DNA of 63,892 nt, filler included. It is 6 parts of 6 records of this genome, joined end to end, with 100 filler letters (N's around TTAATTAATTAA, not from the genome) between each part and the next. Parts side by side here need not be neighbours in the genome. Positions count along the whole stretch, not along the records: positions 37,712 to 58,686 come from DRR723986_17756; 5 more parts are not named here. One strand, given 5' to 3'. Below the pieces are notes generated by a model, which had not been told where the DNA came from, searched no databases, and saw only the letters and a list, made by a program, of their open reading frames with translations. Below, one piece after another: positions 48,101 through 56,064 of this stretch. The translations under genes and the position numbers were made by a program. Numbering within the stretch: the stretch's first letter is position 1; each line of letters opens with the position of its first letter.

Positions 48101-50383
48101 AGCCGCGGATGCCAGCGATTCAGCCCGACGACTTCGCGCCTCGACTAGTTGTTCGCGTTTCGACTCGAAGGCCTCATAGATCGACGCGCGTTTCTCGGCC
48201 AACCGAGTCACCAAGTCATCAAACTCAGCAAAGCGCCCTTCGAGCTCCTCCAACTGAAGCATCATTCTTGTTAGAGCTTCATCAACGCGTTCGGGCGTGT
48301 CAGCGGTTTCCAACGCTCCGGCGGCAGCCTGATCAAGGAGCTTGGTCTGAGAAGCGTAATCGGCTTCCATTTCTCCGGAAAGCAGATCCCGCACCCGCGC
48401 CTTAACTCCACTACGCACGCGGTTCAGATCGGCTAGCAAATTGCCAGTTTCGTCCGCAATCGCAGTCCGCTGCGTGAGGTCTTCGATTTTTAGCTGCGAG
48501 ACAGTCTCGATTAGCAACTCTAGCTCGCTGCCGATTTCAGCAATCTGTTCCTCGAGCTCGCGTCCCTCGGTCGCCGACTCCACTTGTGGTGTCGCCCGCT
48601 CTGATTCATCGATTCGAGCGCGATACGGATCCAATGCTTCGGGATTGAGCAGAAATTGAACGCAGCGGTTGCCGAGCCGGTCTGATGCTTCGGCGAGTTG
48701 CCCCTCCATTGTTTCAACCGACTGCAAGTCAATATACTTCAGTTCTCGAAGCCCAATGACTGTGCCGCGTTGCTGCCGGATGGCGGCCAATTGCTTGACG
48801 AATGAGTCGATTGAATCGAGAGCCGTACGACTGACCTCGGACAGTAGCGACTTGGTTGCCCGCTCTGCCTCTGCTAGATTTTCCTCTGTCTGTCGGCGAA
48901 CGCGGACGACTTTGTCAAATTCTTCGACCGCCGCGTTGGCAGTATCGCGAATCTTGCCGATCGGCTCGGACAACTTCATCGCGTCGTCGCGGTCTATCCA
49001 GAAGTAGCTATCGATGATGTCCGTTGCCCGCTTTTCAAGGTCAACGTACAAATCGTTGTACGAGTCATCTCGATCAATCAGATGCAATAATTCTTGGCAT
49101 TCCGACATACCACGAACCAGTTCCCGGTTGCCGATTTTGTAGAGGGTTGATTCAGTGTCGACCGAAGTCTGGTGATTTGGGCCGACAAACGGAGTCTGCC
49201 ACAACTGCAAACTATGATGCTTCTGCGGTTGCTCGTCCCCTCGGAAGGAGACCATCTGCCCATCTTCAAAAAAGGCTTGGCCGTGGCACACAAAAGGCGT
49301 GTCGACTTCTTGGCTGATCACGTTGTATCGCAACTGCAGGTAAGTACCACTCGCTGGATCAATGAAGAGGTACAGGTAGTCTTCTCCGTTGGGTGCTGCG
49401 ATGGTCCGATCGAAGACGAGTTTCTCAAGTCCGTGGTCAAACAGTTTGTACTCGCCCGACTGCAAGCAAACACCCCCCGGAAAGATAATCCCATGGTCGT
49501 CGGGGAGCAGGACGCATGATCGCCGGATTTGATCCAGCCGCACTACTTTTTGTTGCTTGATGCTGAACGCAAAGTGCCTGAAGTCACGTTCCTGGTAGGG
49601 ACGCATTTTTAGCAACACTAGATTTCCTAGGACAGCATACTGGATCTCGGCATCGTCCAAAGTTTGATCTGCGTCATCGACCGGCTCACAGTAAATGCCA
49701 GCACCGTCTTCAGTGTTGTCATCGACCTTGATTGTCAGGTCGCCACCGACGCACTCGACAAAAACGATGTCGTCGATTGAGACGTGGGGGTGCTGGCCGT
49801 TGCGATGCTGCTCCCTAGTAGCCCGCGTCCACCTGAATCCGTGTTGATCGGGTAACCTGACTTCCTGATCACTGCGATTGTCGATGTACCGCAGTGTTTC
49901 TCCTTCAATGGCCCACTTAAACGCCTTGATGTCCTGCTCGGTTTTACCAACCTGGAATACGAAATAGACAAACGGTCCGATGAGTGCATAACGCAGGAAA
50001 GTCGTATTTTTGTAGAAGCGGTACAGTTCGCGAAAGTCACGCTGAAATTCGTCATTGAAGACGACTTCCAGATCCAGCGGATGTGCAATCTCGTCTTCCA
50101 GTCGGTACAAGCTAAACACGTCCGACGTGTTGATCGTCGTTTTCAACCCGAACTGCACGTTGTAGGCCAGCAGCAAACGATCGCCGAACGAAAGGAGATC
50201 ACGCGGCACACAGTTGTTATCAGTGGTTACGTGTGCGGTGCCGGTCAGCCTGGTTTCGATGTTGCCGAAAACCTGCGACCGCGCCTGGTTCAGTTTCTCG
50301 AAGCGGCCGTGCAGATCCTCAGCCGCTTCTCGAAGCCTGCTGCGGAGAACCTCGTAAGTTCCACTTCCCAACGATTCGGACAT
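45119..50383 (-). CDS. Giant AAA+ ATPase (DUF3686-type, commonly labelled DNA repair ATPase), 1754 aa
   Basis: N-terminal GTYEVLRSRL then a beta-rich region; long coiled coil; Walker A LLISPPGYGKTT, Walker B LYLDDIQH, sensor-1 MAGNP, Arg finger LSNRAD. Confidence 0.85.
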   Translation of the reverse strand: MSESLGSGTYEVLRSRLREAAEDLHGRFEKLNQARSQVFGNIETRLTGTAHVTTDNNCVPRDLLSFGDRLLLAYNVQFGLKTTINTSDVFSLYRLEDEIAHPLDLEVVFNDEFQRDFRELYRFYKNTTFLRYALIGPFVYFVFQVGKTEQDIKAFKWAIEGETLRYIDNRSDQEVRLPDQHGFRWTRATREQHRNGQHPHVSIDDIVFVECVGGDLTIKVDDNTEDGAGIYCEPVDDADQTLDDAEIQYAVLGNLVLLKMRPYQERDFRHFAFSIKQQKVVRLDQIRRSCVLLPDDHGIIFPGGVCLQSGEYKLFDHGLEKLVFDRTIAAPNGEDYLYLFIDPASGTYLQLRYNVISQEVDTPFVCHGQAFFEDGQMVSFRGDEQPQKHHSLQLWQTPFVGPNHQTSVDTESTLYKIGNRELVRGMSECQELLHLIDRDDSYNDLYVDLEKRATDIIDSYFWIDRDDAMKLSEPIGKIRDTANAAVEEFDKVVRVRRQTEENLAEAERATKSLLSEVSRTALDSIDSFVKQLAAIRQQRGTVIGLRELKYIDLQSVETMEGQLAEASDRLGNRCVQFLLNPEALDPYRARIDESERATPQVESATEGRELEEQIAEIGSELELLIETVSQLKIEDLTQRTAIADETGNLLADLNRVRSGVKARVRDLLSGEMEADYASQTKLLDQAAAGALETADTPERVDEALTRMMLQLEELEGRFAEFDDLVTRLAEKRASIYEAFESKREQLVEARSRRAESLASAAGRIMEGIHGRAMRQKDADALRSYFASDPMVAKVRQIAEQLGQLGDSVRMDDLTSKLKAIADDSQRQLQDREDLFVGGEGQIKFGKHFFNVNTQPVELTTVVRDGNIKLHLTGTQFYESMSAPDLDAAKDLWNQHLPSENESVYRAEYLAYQLASQLSGTSNGEAEYLQGDEKARVDWIRDQMQQMHDGGFSRGVHDADTEKFLTLFLKTKRQLGLLNFSPSLRGVAFYSWFCLVPEPLQKTASQWTQGFAAVSELLPQVQASDGYEAFIAGALTEYAGELLQWRGIPVGHAAQYLFHTLKQPQVQFLASPRAVEIATSIDEYLPTKQRARLHETLEQQTADGMKAWVLATDAAEGYLRHLGNDDDLDPATNYLDEVASLLLIPREQVIAGPPGEVAHNVSGLVGDHPLISGSAAKFHFHEFRQRLHQYTDDTLPRYRKLKTTKHELLTLAANDLKVDDFKPRVLTSFVRNQLIDEVYLPLVGDNLAKQMGAAGDNKRSDRMGLLLLISPPGYGKTTLMEYIANRLGIVFVKVNGPALGHSVTSLDPAEAKNASAREEVEKINLALEMGDNVMLYLDDIQHCNPELLQKFIPLCDATRRIEGVWKGESKTYDLRGRKVCVVMAGNPYTESGDRFQIPDMLSNRADVYNLGEIIGDSREAFELSYVENALTSNPVLQNLSRASRKDQLAMFAAARRQTMEGLDLSGNMSADQVSDIYQVLIKLMRARDIVLKVNRAYIQSASQADSYRTEPPFKLQGSYRNMNRIAEKIVPVMNDRELTELLIANYEQDAQTLTRDGESNLLKFYELLGELSDEQRQRWEQIKYAYVESVRMQGVDGEDSAAQILRSLTGLRDGLESIRRTIEQVIASGDTSEDRAVLGEGLGQLSQNVDQLGQSMSRQMESATAEMKRWMDASQNGKTADTLPEQKVIVQHSVPRVMTDLVQSQFQLLYDGLRPALEASALSRTQLEQLKASIDSCLTEYRDLQAEIDRSAKDD

Positions 50384-50469
50384 TCGCCAACCTCTTCGCC
50401 GTTTGTTGCGTTTACACGCGCTGTTGCGTCTGTATGCTCAACATCCGATTGATTCGGATCCAGGCAATA

Positions 50470-52500
50470 CTAGGCTTTGCCGTTCTTGGTGCTCAACAGA
50501 CTTCCCACGGGTTTGTCAGCTAGGTTCAGCGTTCCAGCTATGCCCAGCAGGTTAACAAGTTGGCTGCGAAGTGAATCCGATCCGCCACTGCCCATCAACT
50601 GTGCGATCAAAGCAGCCACGCTCAGGTCCTTAATTTCACCTGAGCTAAGATTGAATTGCCCAACTAAGTCTTCGAGACTGCTCTTGAAGTGGTCTGGATC
50701 TCCGTTGAAGAAGGTGTTCTTTACATCCGTTGCAACTTGGGAGTTGTAGACAAATCGATCGATTGCCTTACCGCCCTTCACAGCGGAAGAGATCTGATCG
50801 AAGAAGTCTCCGTCGCCGCCGACGATGTCGATCTTCGACGCCTTGAGGGCTTCACCGATAACCGCCGCTTGCTCAGACGCAATGGTACGTTGAGTGTCGA
50901 TGGCTGCGATTTCGATCGACTTGTCCTTTTCAAGCCGCAACTTGAATTCTTCGTGTTCCTTGCCGACACCGTCGAGCTCCTTCATCGCGGCTGCCTTTTC
51001 GGAGATACCTTCTGCTTCGCTGGTATACTTCTCTTTCAGAACACGAGCTTCGGCCAAGCCTTGCTTTTCGACGGCCGCAGCTTTCGCTTCGAGGACTTCG
51101 GCCTCAGCAAGGCCTTCCGCTGCATGATCCGCGGCGGCCGCTTCAGCCAGCATCTTCGTCGCTGCAGACTGCTTCTCGGCCTTGTCGCGCTCGGCTTCCG
51201 ATTCGACGCGTATTTGTTGTGCCAGTAATTCAGCGGCCCGCTGCTTCGCTTCGGCCGCCTTAACCTCCGCTACCATGGCCTCTTCGGCACGCATCTCAGC
51301 GGCGGTGACTTCAACCTTTTTCTTACGCTCGGCCGCGGCAAACTCCTCAGTATCCTTGATGCGTTGTTGCTCTTCTACAACGGCCCGTTCGACGGCGACA
51401 CGCTCACGGATGACTTCCTGAATGTTACGGCGTTCGGTCTCAATGGCCTTTTCCTTCTCGACCTCGGCAACACCAACGACGCGGAGCCGCTCGGTGGCCT
51501 CCAGTGCGCGATCACGCTGAACACGTTCCAGTTCAACTCCGTCGGTGCGTTCCTTGCTCCGCTGTGCAACCAGAACCTGCCGATCTTTATTCTGCGTCGC
51601 AATGCCGACTTCTTCGTCAGTTGCGATACGAGCACGCTCCGACTCCAGGCGTTGTTCTTCCTGGACCTTCTTGGCCGCAGCGTTCTCGCGTGCTTCGATT
51701 TCGGCAATGGAACGCTTCTGCTTCTCAGCCGCCTCAACGCGCTGGCGTTCCAACTCAAGAATAGCCTCTTGAGCCTCAACGTCCTGTTGCTTCAGAGTCT
51801 TCTCACGTTCGCGAGTGAAGTGATTCTCTTTAATCTTCTCCTGGCTCGTCAGCTCAGTGATCTTCTTGATCCCCTCGGCGTCCAAGATATTGTTTGGATT
51901 GAGCAGCTCGAGCTTTGTCTGCTCTAGGAAGTCGATCGCAGCATCGTCCAAACGGTAACCGTTAAGGTCCGTGCCGATGACCTTCAAGATCTCTTCTTTG
52001 AACTGCTCTCGCTTGTTGTACAACTCGGTGAAGTCAAACTGCTTACCGACCGTCTTGAGTGCCTCCGAGAACTTGGCGTCGAACAATTCACGCAGCGTCT
52101 CAACCTGGCTCGCCCTGCGACTCCCAATCGACTGAGCCACTTCTCGCATTTCCTCTTGGGTTTTGTCAATGCGTATGAAGAAGGCAACACGAATGTCGGC
52201 GCGGATGTTGTCGCGGCAGATCAATCCTTCTGAACCCTCCCGAGCAATTTCGAAACTCTTGAGCGTCAGGTCCATCTTTTCAGAATGATGCACTACGGGC
52301 AAAACGATGATTCCGTTCGCCGTTACAACCTGCATACCGCCAAACCCCGTTCGAACGATCGCTTCGTCGGGGCCCACCTTCTGGTAAAACCGAGATGCCA
52401 AAGCGAGAGCTCCAGCTACCAGAATGATGATGGCAACAACGGTAACGATCGCGTAGATCGCCAGTTCAGGAATTTGTCCAAGCAAGATCAATTGGTCCAT
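50470..52500 (-). CDS. Flotillin/SPFH (band 7) family membrane protein, YqiK-like
   Basis: N-terminal TM; SPFH motifs GLICRDNIRADIRVAFFIRI, FSEALKTVGK, NGYRLDDAAIDFLEQT; long Ala/Glu-rich flotillin coiled coil. Confidence 0.9.
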   Translation of the reverse strand: MDQLILLGQIPELAIYAIVTVVAIIILVAGALALASRFYQKVGPDEAIVRTGFGGMQVVTANGIIVLPVVHHSEKMDLTLKSFEIAREGSEGLICRDNIRADIRVAFFIRIDKTQEEMREVAQSIGSRRASQVETLRELFDAKFSEALKTVGKQFDFTELYNKREQFKEEILKVIGTDLNGYRLDDAAIDFLEQTKLELLNPNNILDAEGIKKITELTSQEKIKENHFTREREKTLKQQDVEAQEAILELERQRVEAAEKQKRSIAEIEARENAAAKKVQEEQRLESERARIATDEEVGIATQNKDRQVLVAQRSKERTDGVELERVQRDRALEATERLRVVGVAEVEKEKAIETERRNIQEVIRERVAVERAVVEEQQRIKDTEEFAAAERKKKVEVTAAEMRAEEAMVAEVKAAEAKQRAAELLAQQIRVESEAERDKAEKQSAATKMLAEAAAADHAAEGLAEAEVLEAKAAAVEKQGLAEARVLKEKYTSEAEGISEKAAAMKELDGVGKEHEEFKLRLEKDKSIEIAAIDTQRTIASEQAAVIGEALKASKIDIVGGDGDFFDQISSAVKGGKAIDRFVYNSQVATDVKNTFFNGDPDHFKSSLEDLVGQFNLSSGEIKDLSVAALIAQLMGSGGSDSLRSQLVNLLGIAGTLNLADKPVGSLLSTKNGKA

Positions 52501-52506
52501 TGTCGG

Positions 52507-53175
52507 CTAGTCCTCAGAGCTCAGAGCATTGTTAGCGGCACCGGTTGTAGTCGGTGACACCAGGTAGATTCGATTCTTGGCGTCGTAGTGAGTAATCCAA
52601 ACTCGTGTCCCACGCACCAGTTCGCTGCCATCCGTTCGCACGTTCAGCAGCAGTGGCGATCCTTCAGTCTTGTACTTTACTTGGCCAAATTGTTCATTGG
52701 CGGTCAAAGAGGAAATTTCACATTCTTGCCCAACTATGGAACTGGCACTCAGCTTTTCAGTGACGAACCACTTGGCCATCGGCGCGGTGGCAAACTTGGT
52801 CAAGAGAACGCCGATCACAGCGTTCTTTGCCGCGAGCACGCCCGACCAGATCCATCCCGGCGGCGAGAAAAAATGTCGATCAACTAGCGTCCACAGGCAG
52901 GCGGAAACGAACCACCAAATCACAGAAAACACGCCTAGCCAGACGATCAAGGGAACGCTCTTAAGGTTCACCCACTTGATCGCCAACGTGGACATACCAT
53001 CGCCAAGTGGATTTCCACCTGTTGCATCGAGGTCCACGTCTAGATCGAGCTCAGCACCCGGTATATCAAGGTCAATGCTGCCAAGCATTCCCAGTAGGCT
53101 CCAAAACAACATCGCCACAAGAAGCAACGATGCAGGGAGCAGCGGTCCGGAAAATAGAGTAGCAACGAGTTCCAT
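52507..53175 (-). CDS. YqiJ/NfeD-like membrane protein with C-terminal OB fold
   Basis: TM1, acidic DxDxD linker, two more TM helices (VPLIVW), then SIVGQECEI..FGQV..GSPLLLNVR OB-fold; directly upstream of flotillin. Confidence 0.8.
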   Translation of the reverse strand: MELVATLFSGPLLPASLLLVAMLFWSLLGMLGSIDLDIPGAELDLDVDLDATGGNPLGDGMSTLAIKWVNLKSVPLIVWLGVFSVIWWFVSACLWTLVDRHFFSPPGWIWSGVLAAKNAVIGVLLTKFATAPMAKWFVTEKLSASSIVGQECEISSLTANEQFGQVKYKTEGSPLLLNVRTDGSELVRGTRVWITHYDAKNRIYLVSPTTTGAANNALSSED

Positions 53176-53447
53176 GGTTCCTCCAGCGAACGAAAGGCGC
53201 GACGCGTTGTACCATCCTCAGATACAACTTGGATGTTCCGCAGAATAGCCCAAGCGGAGTGTCAGCGGCGACTGCCTTAATAGTGAAAGCCCCGTTTTCC
53301 CGCCGACTGGGCGCGAAATCCGACGAAAATATCGCACCACAAGCTCCTTTGCATTGTTTCAAGCCTGGACGACGAAGATGGCAGGGACGACTATAATCCT
53401 GGCGGTCCCACAACACAATTTTCCAACTGACGCTCACGGAGCTACCT

Positions 53448-55388
53448 GTGCACGCGATCCAAGCCCTCACCGTCGCCACCGCCTTGATTGGCAGCCTTGC
53501 CACTGGCGTCGGAGCCAGCGCCACTACCTCCAACGCCGCAGCCGCGGCGCATCCTACTGATGACTTGTCGGTGATGCGAGTTGAAATAGACGCTCGCGAT
53601 CTCCCAAGAAAGTTACTGTCGGTAACGATACGAATTCCCGTATCAAAACCGGCAAAGGGCCCAGTCGTTGTCTGGTACCCGAAATGGGTTCCCGGCTCGC
53701 ACGCGCCGGGCGGACCGATTGCGAACATAGCAGGGCTCAAATTTGAAGACGCTGAAGGCAACCCTCTTCAGTGGAAACGCACCCCCGGTGAAGTTTACCG
53801 TTTTGATGTCGATGCGCCCGAGGAAGCGACCGAGATCGTCGCGCGATTGCGATACATCACGAATCAACCAACAACCAATTCTTCTGGCCTGGATTCCTAC
53901 GGCAGCCGACGCATCGGAATGATCAGCCCCAATACTGTATTTCTGTACGCCGACGGAATGCACATCGATGAGCAGCGGATTGTCGCCAGTTTGACGCTTC
54001 CAGAAAAATGGTCGGTCGCAAGTGCACTTCGTCCGACGCCAGCTTCCCAACAACGGGATGATTCAGAAACCGTCACCTTCAAAGACGTCAGTCTTCGCGA
54101 GTTTGTCGATAGCCCGATCATGTGCGGACAATACTTGCAGGAATATCAGTTGACCGAAGAGGGCGTTGCTGCTCCGCCGCACTATTTGAGCGTTTTCACC
54201 GACGACGACGACACGCAACTTCCCAAAGACATCCTGCAACGCCTGAAAAACATGGTGACTCAAACCAGCCATCTGATCGGCTCGCATCCATTCGACCGCT
54301 TTGACATCTTGTTGGCCGTCACAACAAACCTGAGCGCAAATGGACTCGAACACTCACGTTCTACGTTCAACATCCTGCCACCGGCCAGCCTTGCCAGCAC
54401 AGGAAGTTGGAAGGGTTGGAACCGGCTGCTCATTCCCCACGAGTATCTACACGCATGGTGCGGTAAGTACCGGCGTCCTGCAGCGATGCTGACTAGCGAT
54501 TTCCACTCACCCAAGGGGACCGAATTGTTGTGGGTGTACGAAGGCCTCACACAGTACCTTGGCGAATTGGTAGAAGCTCGAAGTGGAATTATGTCGAAAG
54601 ACGAATTCTTACACCGGTTCGAAATCGAAGTGCGGCGAGCCATCCATCAACAAGGGCGATCGTGGCGTAGCTTGCGCGACACGGCCTCCGCATCACATAT
54701 CCTCCGTGCCGGCAGCCCTGCTTGGAGCTCATTGAGACGCAGCCAAGACTATTACATGGAAGGCATGCTTCTTTGGGCGGAGATTGATGTCATCCTTCGC
54801 GATTCAACCGACGGCCAAGCCTCCATCGACGACTTCTGCCACGAGTTCTTTAAGGCGACTTCTGAATTGCCGCGCGGCTATGATCGCGACGAAGTCATCG
54901 AAGTTCTTGCTGGCCTGTCCGATTATCCTTGGGAAGACCTGATTGAGCGGCGCGTTGATTCCACAGCCAGTAGCCTTGCGGATGGATACGTCGAACAATT
55001 CGGCGGTCGCCTGGAGATATCCGACAGTCCCAGCCGGATCCCTGGTGGAACGTTCCGCTATATCAGTGGCGTTGACTTGCTCGACTCGATCGGCGCGACC
55101 ATTTCTGCGACAGGTTCCGTATCCGAAATCCTGCTTGGCTCACCAGCCGATCAAGCCCGACTTGCGCACGGCATGAAAATCACGGCTGTGAACGACCGAA
55201 AATGGTCGAGAACTGCCATCCTGAATGCAATCAAGCACTCAGCGGACAAGAAGATCGTCCTGACCATTGCCGATGGTGATCGGCTGGTCAAATACGCAAT
55301 CCCCTATTCAGAAGGTACAAAGTATCTTGTCCTGAATTTCCCGGAGGACAAACCAACAGTCTTCGACAAGATACTCGAACCTCGATAG
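53448..55388 (+). CDS. M61 family glycyl aminopeptidase-like metallopeptidase with PDZ domain
   Basis: Signal peptide; PKWVPGSH; DSPIMCG; GLEHSRS; HEYLH; LWVYEGLTQY; PDZ GSPADQARL..GMKITAVN. Confidence 0.9.
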   Translation: MHAIQALTVATALIGSLATGVGASATTSNAAAAAHPTDDLSVMRVEIDARDLPRKLLSVTIRIPVSKPAKGPVVVWYPKWVPGSHAPGGPIANIAGLKFEDAEGNPLQWKRTPGEVYRFDVDAPEEATEIVARLRYITNQPTTNSSGLDSYGSRRIGMISPNTVFLYADGMHIDEQRIVASLTLPEKWSVASALRPTPASQQRDDSETVTFKDVSLREFVDSPIMCGQYLQEYQLTEEGVAAPPHYLSVFTDDDDTQLPKDILQRLKNMVTQTSHLIGSHPFDRFDILLAVTTNLSANGLEHSRSTFNILPPASLASTGSWKGWNRLLIPHEYLHAWCGKYRRPAAMLTSDFHSPKGTELLWVYEGLTQYLGELVEARSGIMSKDEFLHRFEIEVRRAIHQQGRSWRSLRDTASASHILRAGSPAWSSLRRSQDYYMEGMLLWAEIDVILRDSTDGQASIDDFCHEFFKATSELPRGYDRDEVIEVLAGLSDYPWEDLIERRVDSTASSLADGYVEQFGGRLEISDSPSRIPGGTFRYISGVDLLDSIGATISATGSVSEILLGSPADQARLAHGMKITAVNDRKWSRTAILNAIKHSADKKIVLTIADGDRLVKYAIPYSEGTKYLVLNFPEDKPTVFDKILEPR

Positions 55389-55423
55389 CCTGCGTGTATA
55401 ACGTCTTCGCGTGCACAAGGCTG

Positions 55424-55807
55424 TTACCCTCGTTTTTCCTCCATCAGCCCGACTAGGTTGCCATCGGGATCGCGAAGAAAACCGGTCCATAAATCGTGAT
55501 CACTCATTTTAGCGGCAAGCTCCGGTGACCGTTCGTTCACAGCGCCTTTTTCAGCGAGCGACGTGTGGATCGCAACGATGTCCTGCACCCGAAAATACAG
55601 AATGGAGTTCGCGCCGACCGTTCCGGCCCCTTGGGGCGTTGTGAGCATCAGACGAACACCATCTGCATCGAGAAACGCAAGGTTAGGACCAGCCCGGAAC
55701 AACAACTCCAGTCCAAGGATGCCGTGGTAAAACGCGACGGCTTTCTCGACATCACTAACGGTGATTGCAATTTGATGAATTGTCGACAAATTAACAGAAG
55801 TTGACAT
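55424..55807 (-). CDS. VOC/glyoxalase family protein
   Basis: IHQIAITVSDVEKAVAFYHGILGL; FLRDPDGNLVGLME; start ATG 55807. Confidence 0.9.
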   Translation of the reverse strand: MSTSVNLSTIHQIAITVSDVEKAVAFYHGILGLELLFRAGPNLAFLDADGVRLMLTTPQGAGTVGANSILYFRVQDIVAIHTSLAEKGAVNERSPELAAKMSDHDLWTGFLRDPDGNLVGLMEEKRG

Positions 55808-56064
55808 GTAATTCTGAATCCAGACGGTGAAACGTTGCGGATCATCGAAGACCGGGAGCAGGGTATTGCCCCAAAATGACAAACGAACCTACTGGGCAAC
55901 GACTCGCCATCTTCCGCCCACAGCGATCCGTAAAAACCGCCAAGTCCGCGAGTGCGTACCCGTTGCCAAGGCGACTGTTGAAGACTCTTCATGTAGCCTT
56001 TCACTCAGATGCGACGTGGTGCGATTGAAAGCTTCCTGATGTCCAGCCTGTAGCCATCGCCGGT

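Noticed and set aside
45119-50383. Calling the giant ATPase an anti-phage or DNA-repair enzyme
   Set aside because: No nuclease or effector domain and no defence-island context are visible; kept only as a testable possibility.
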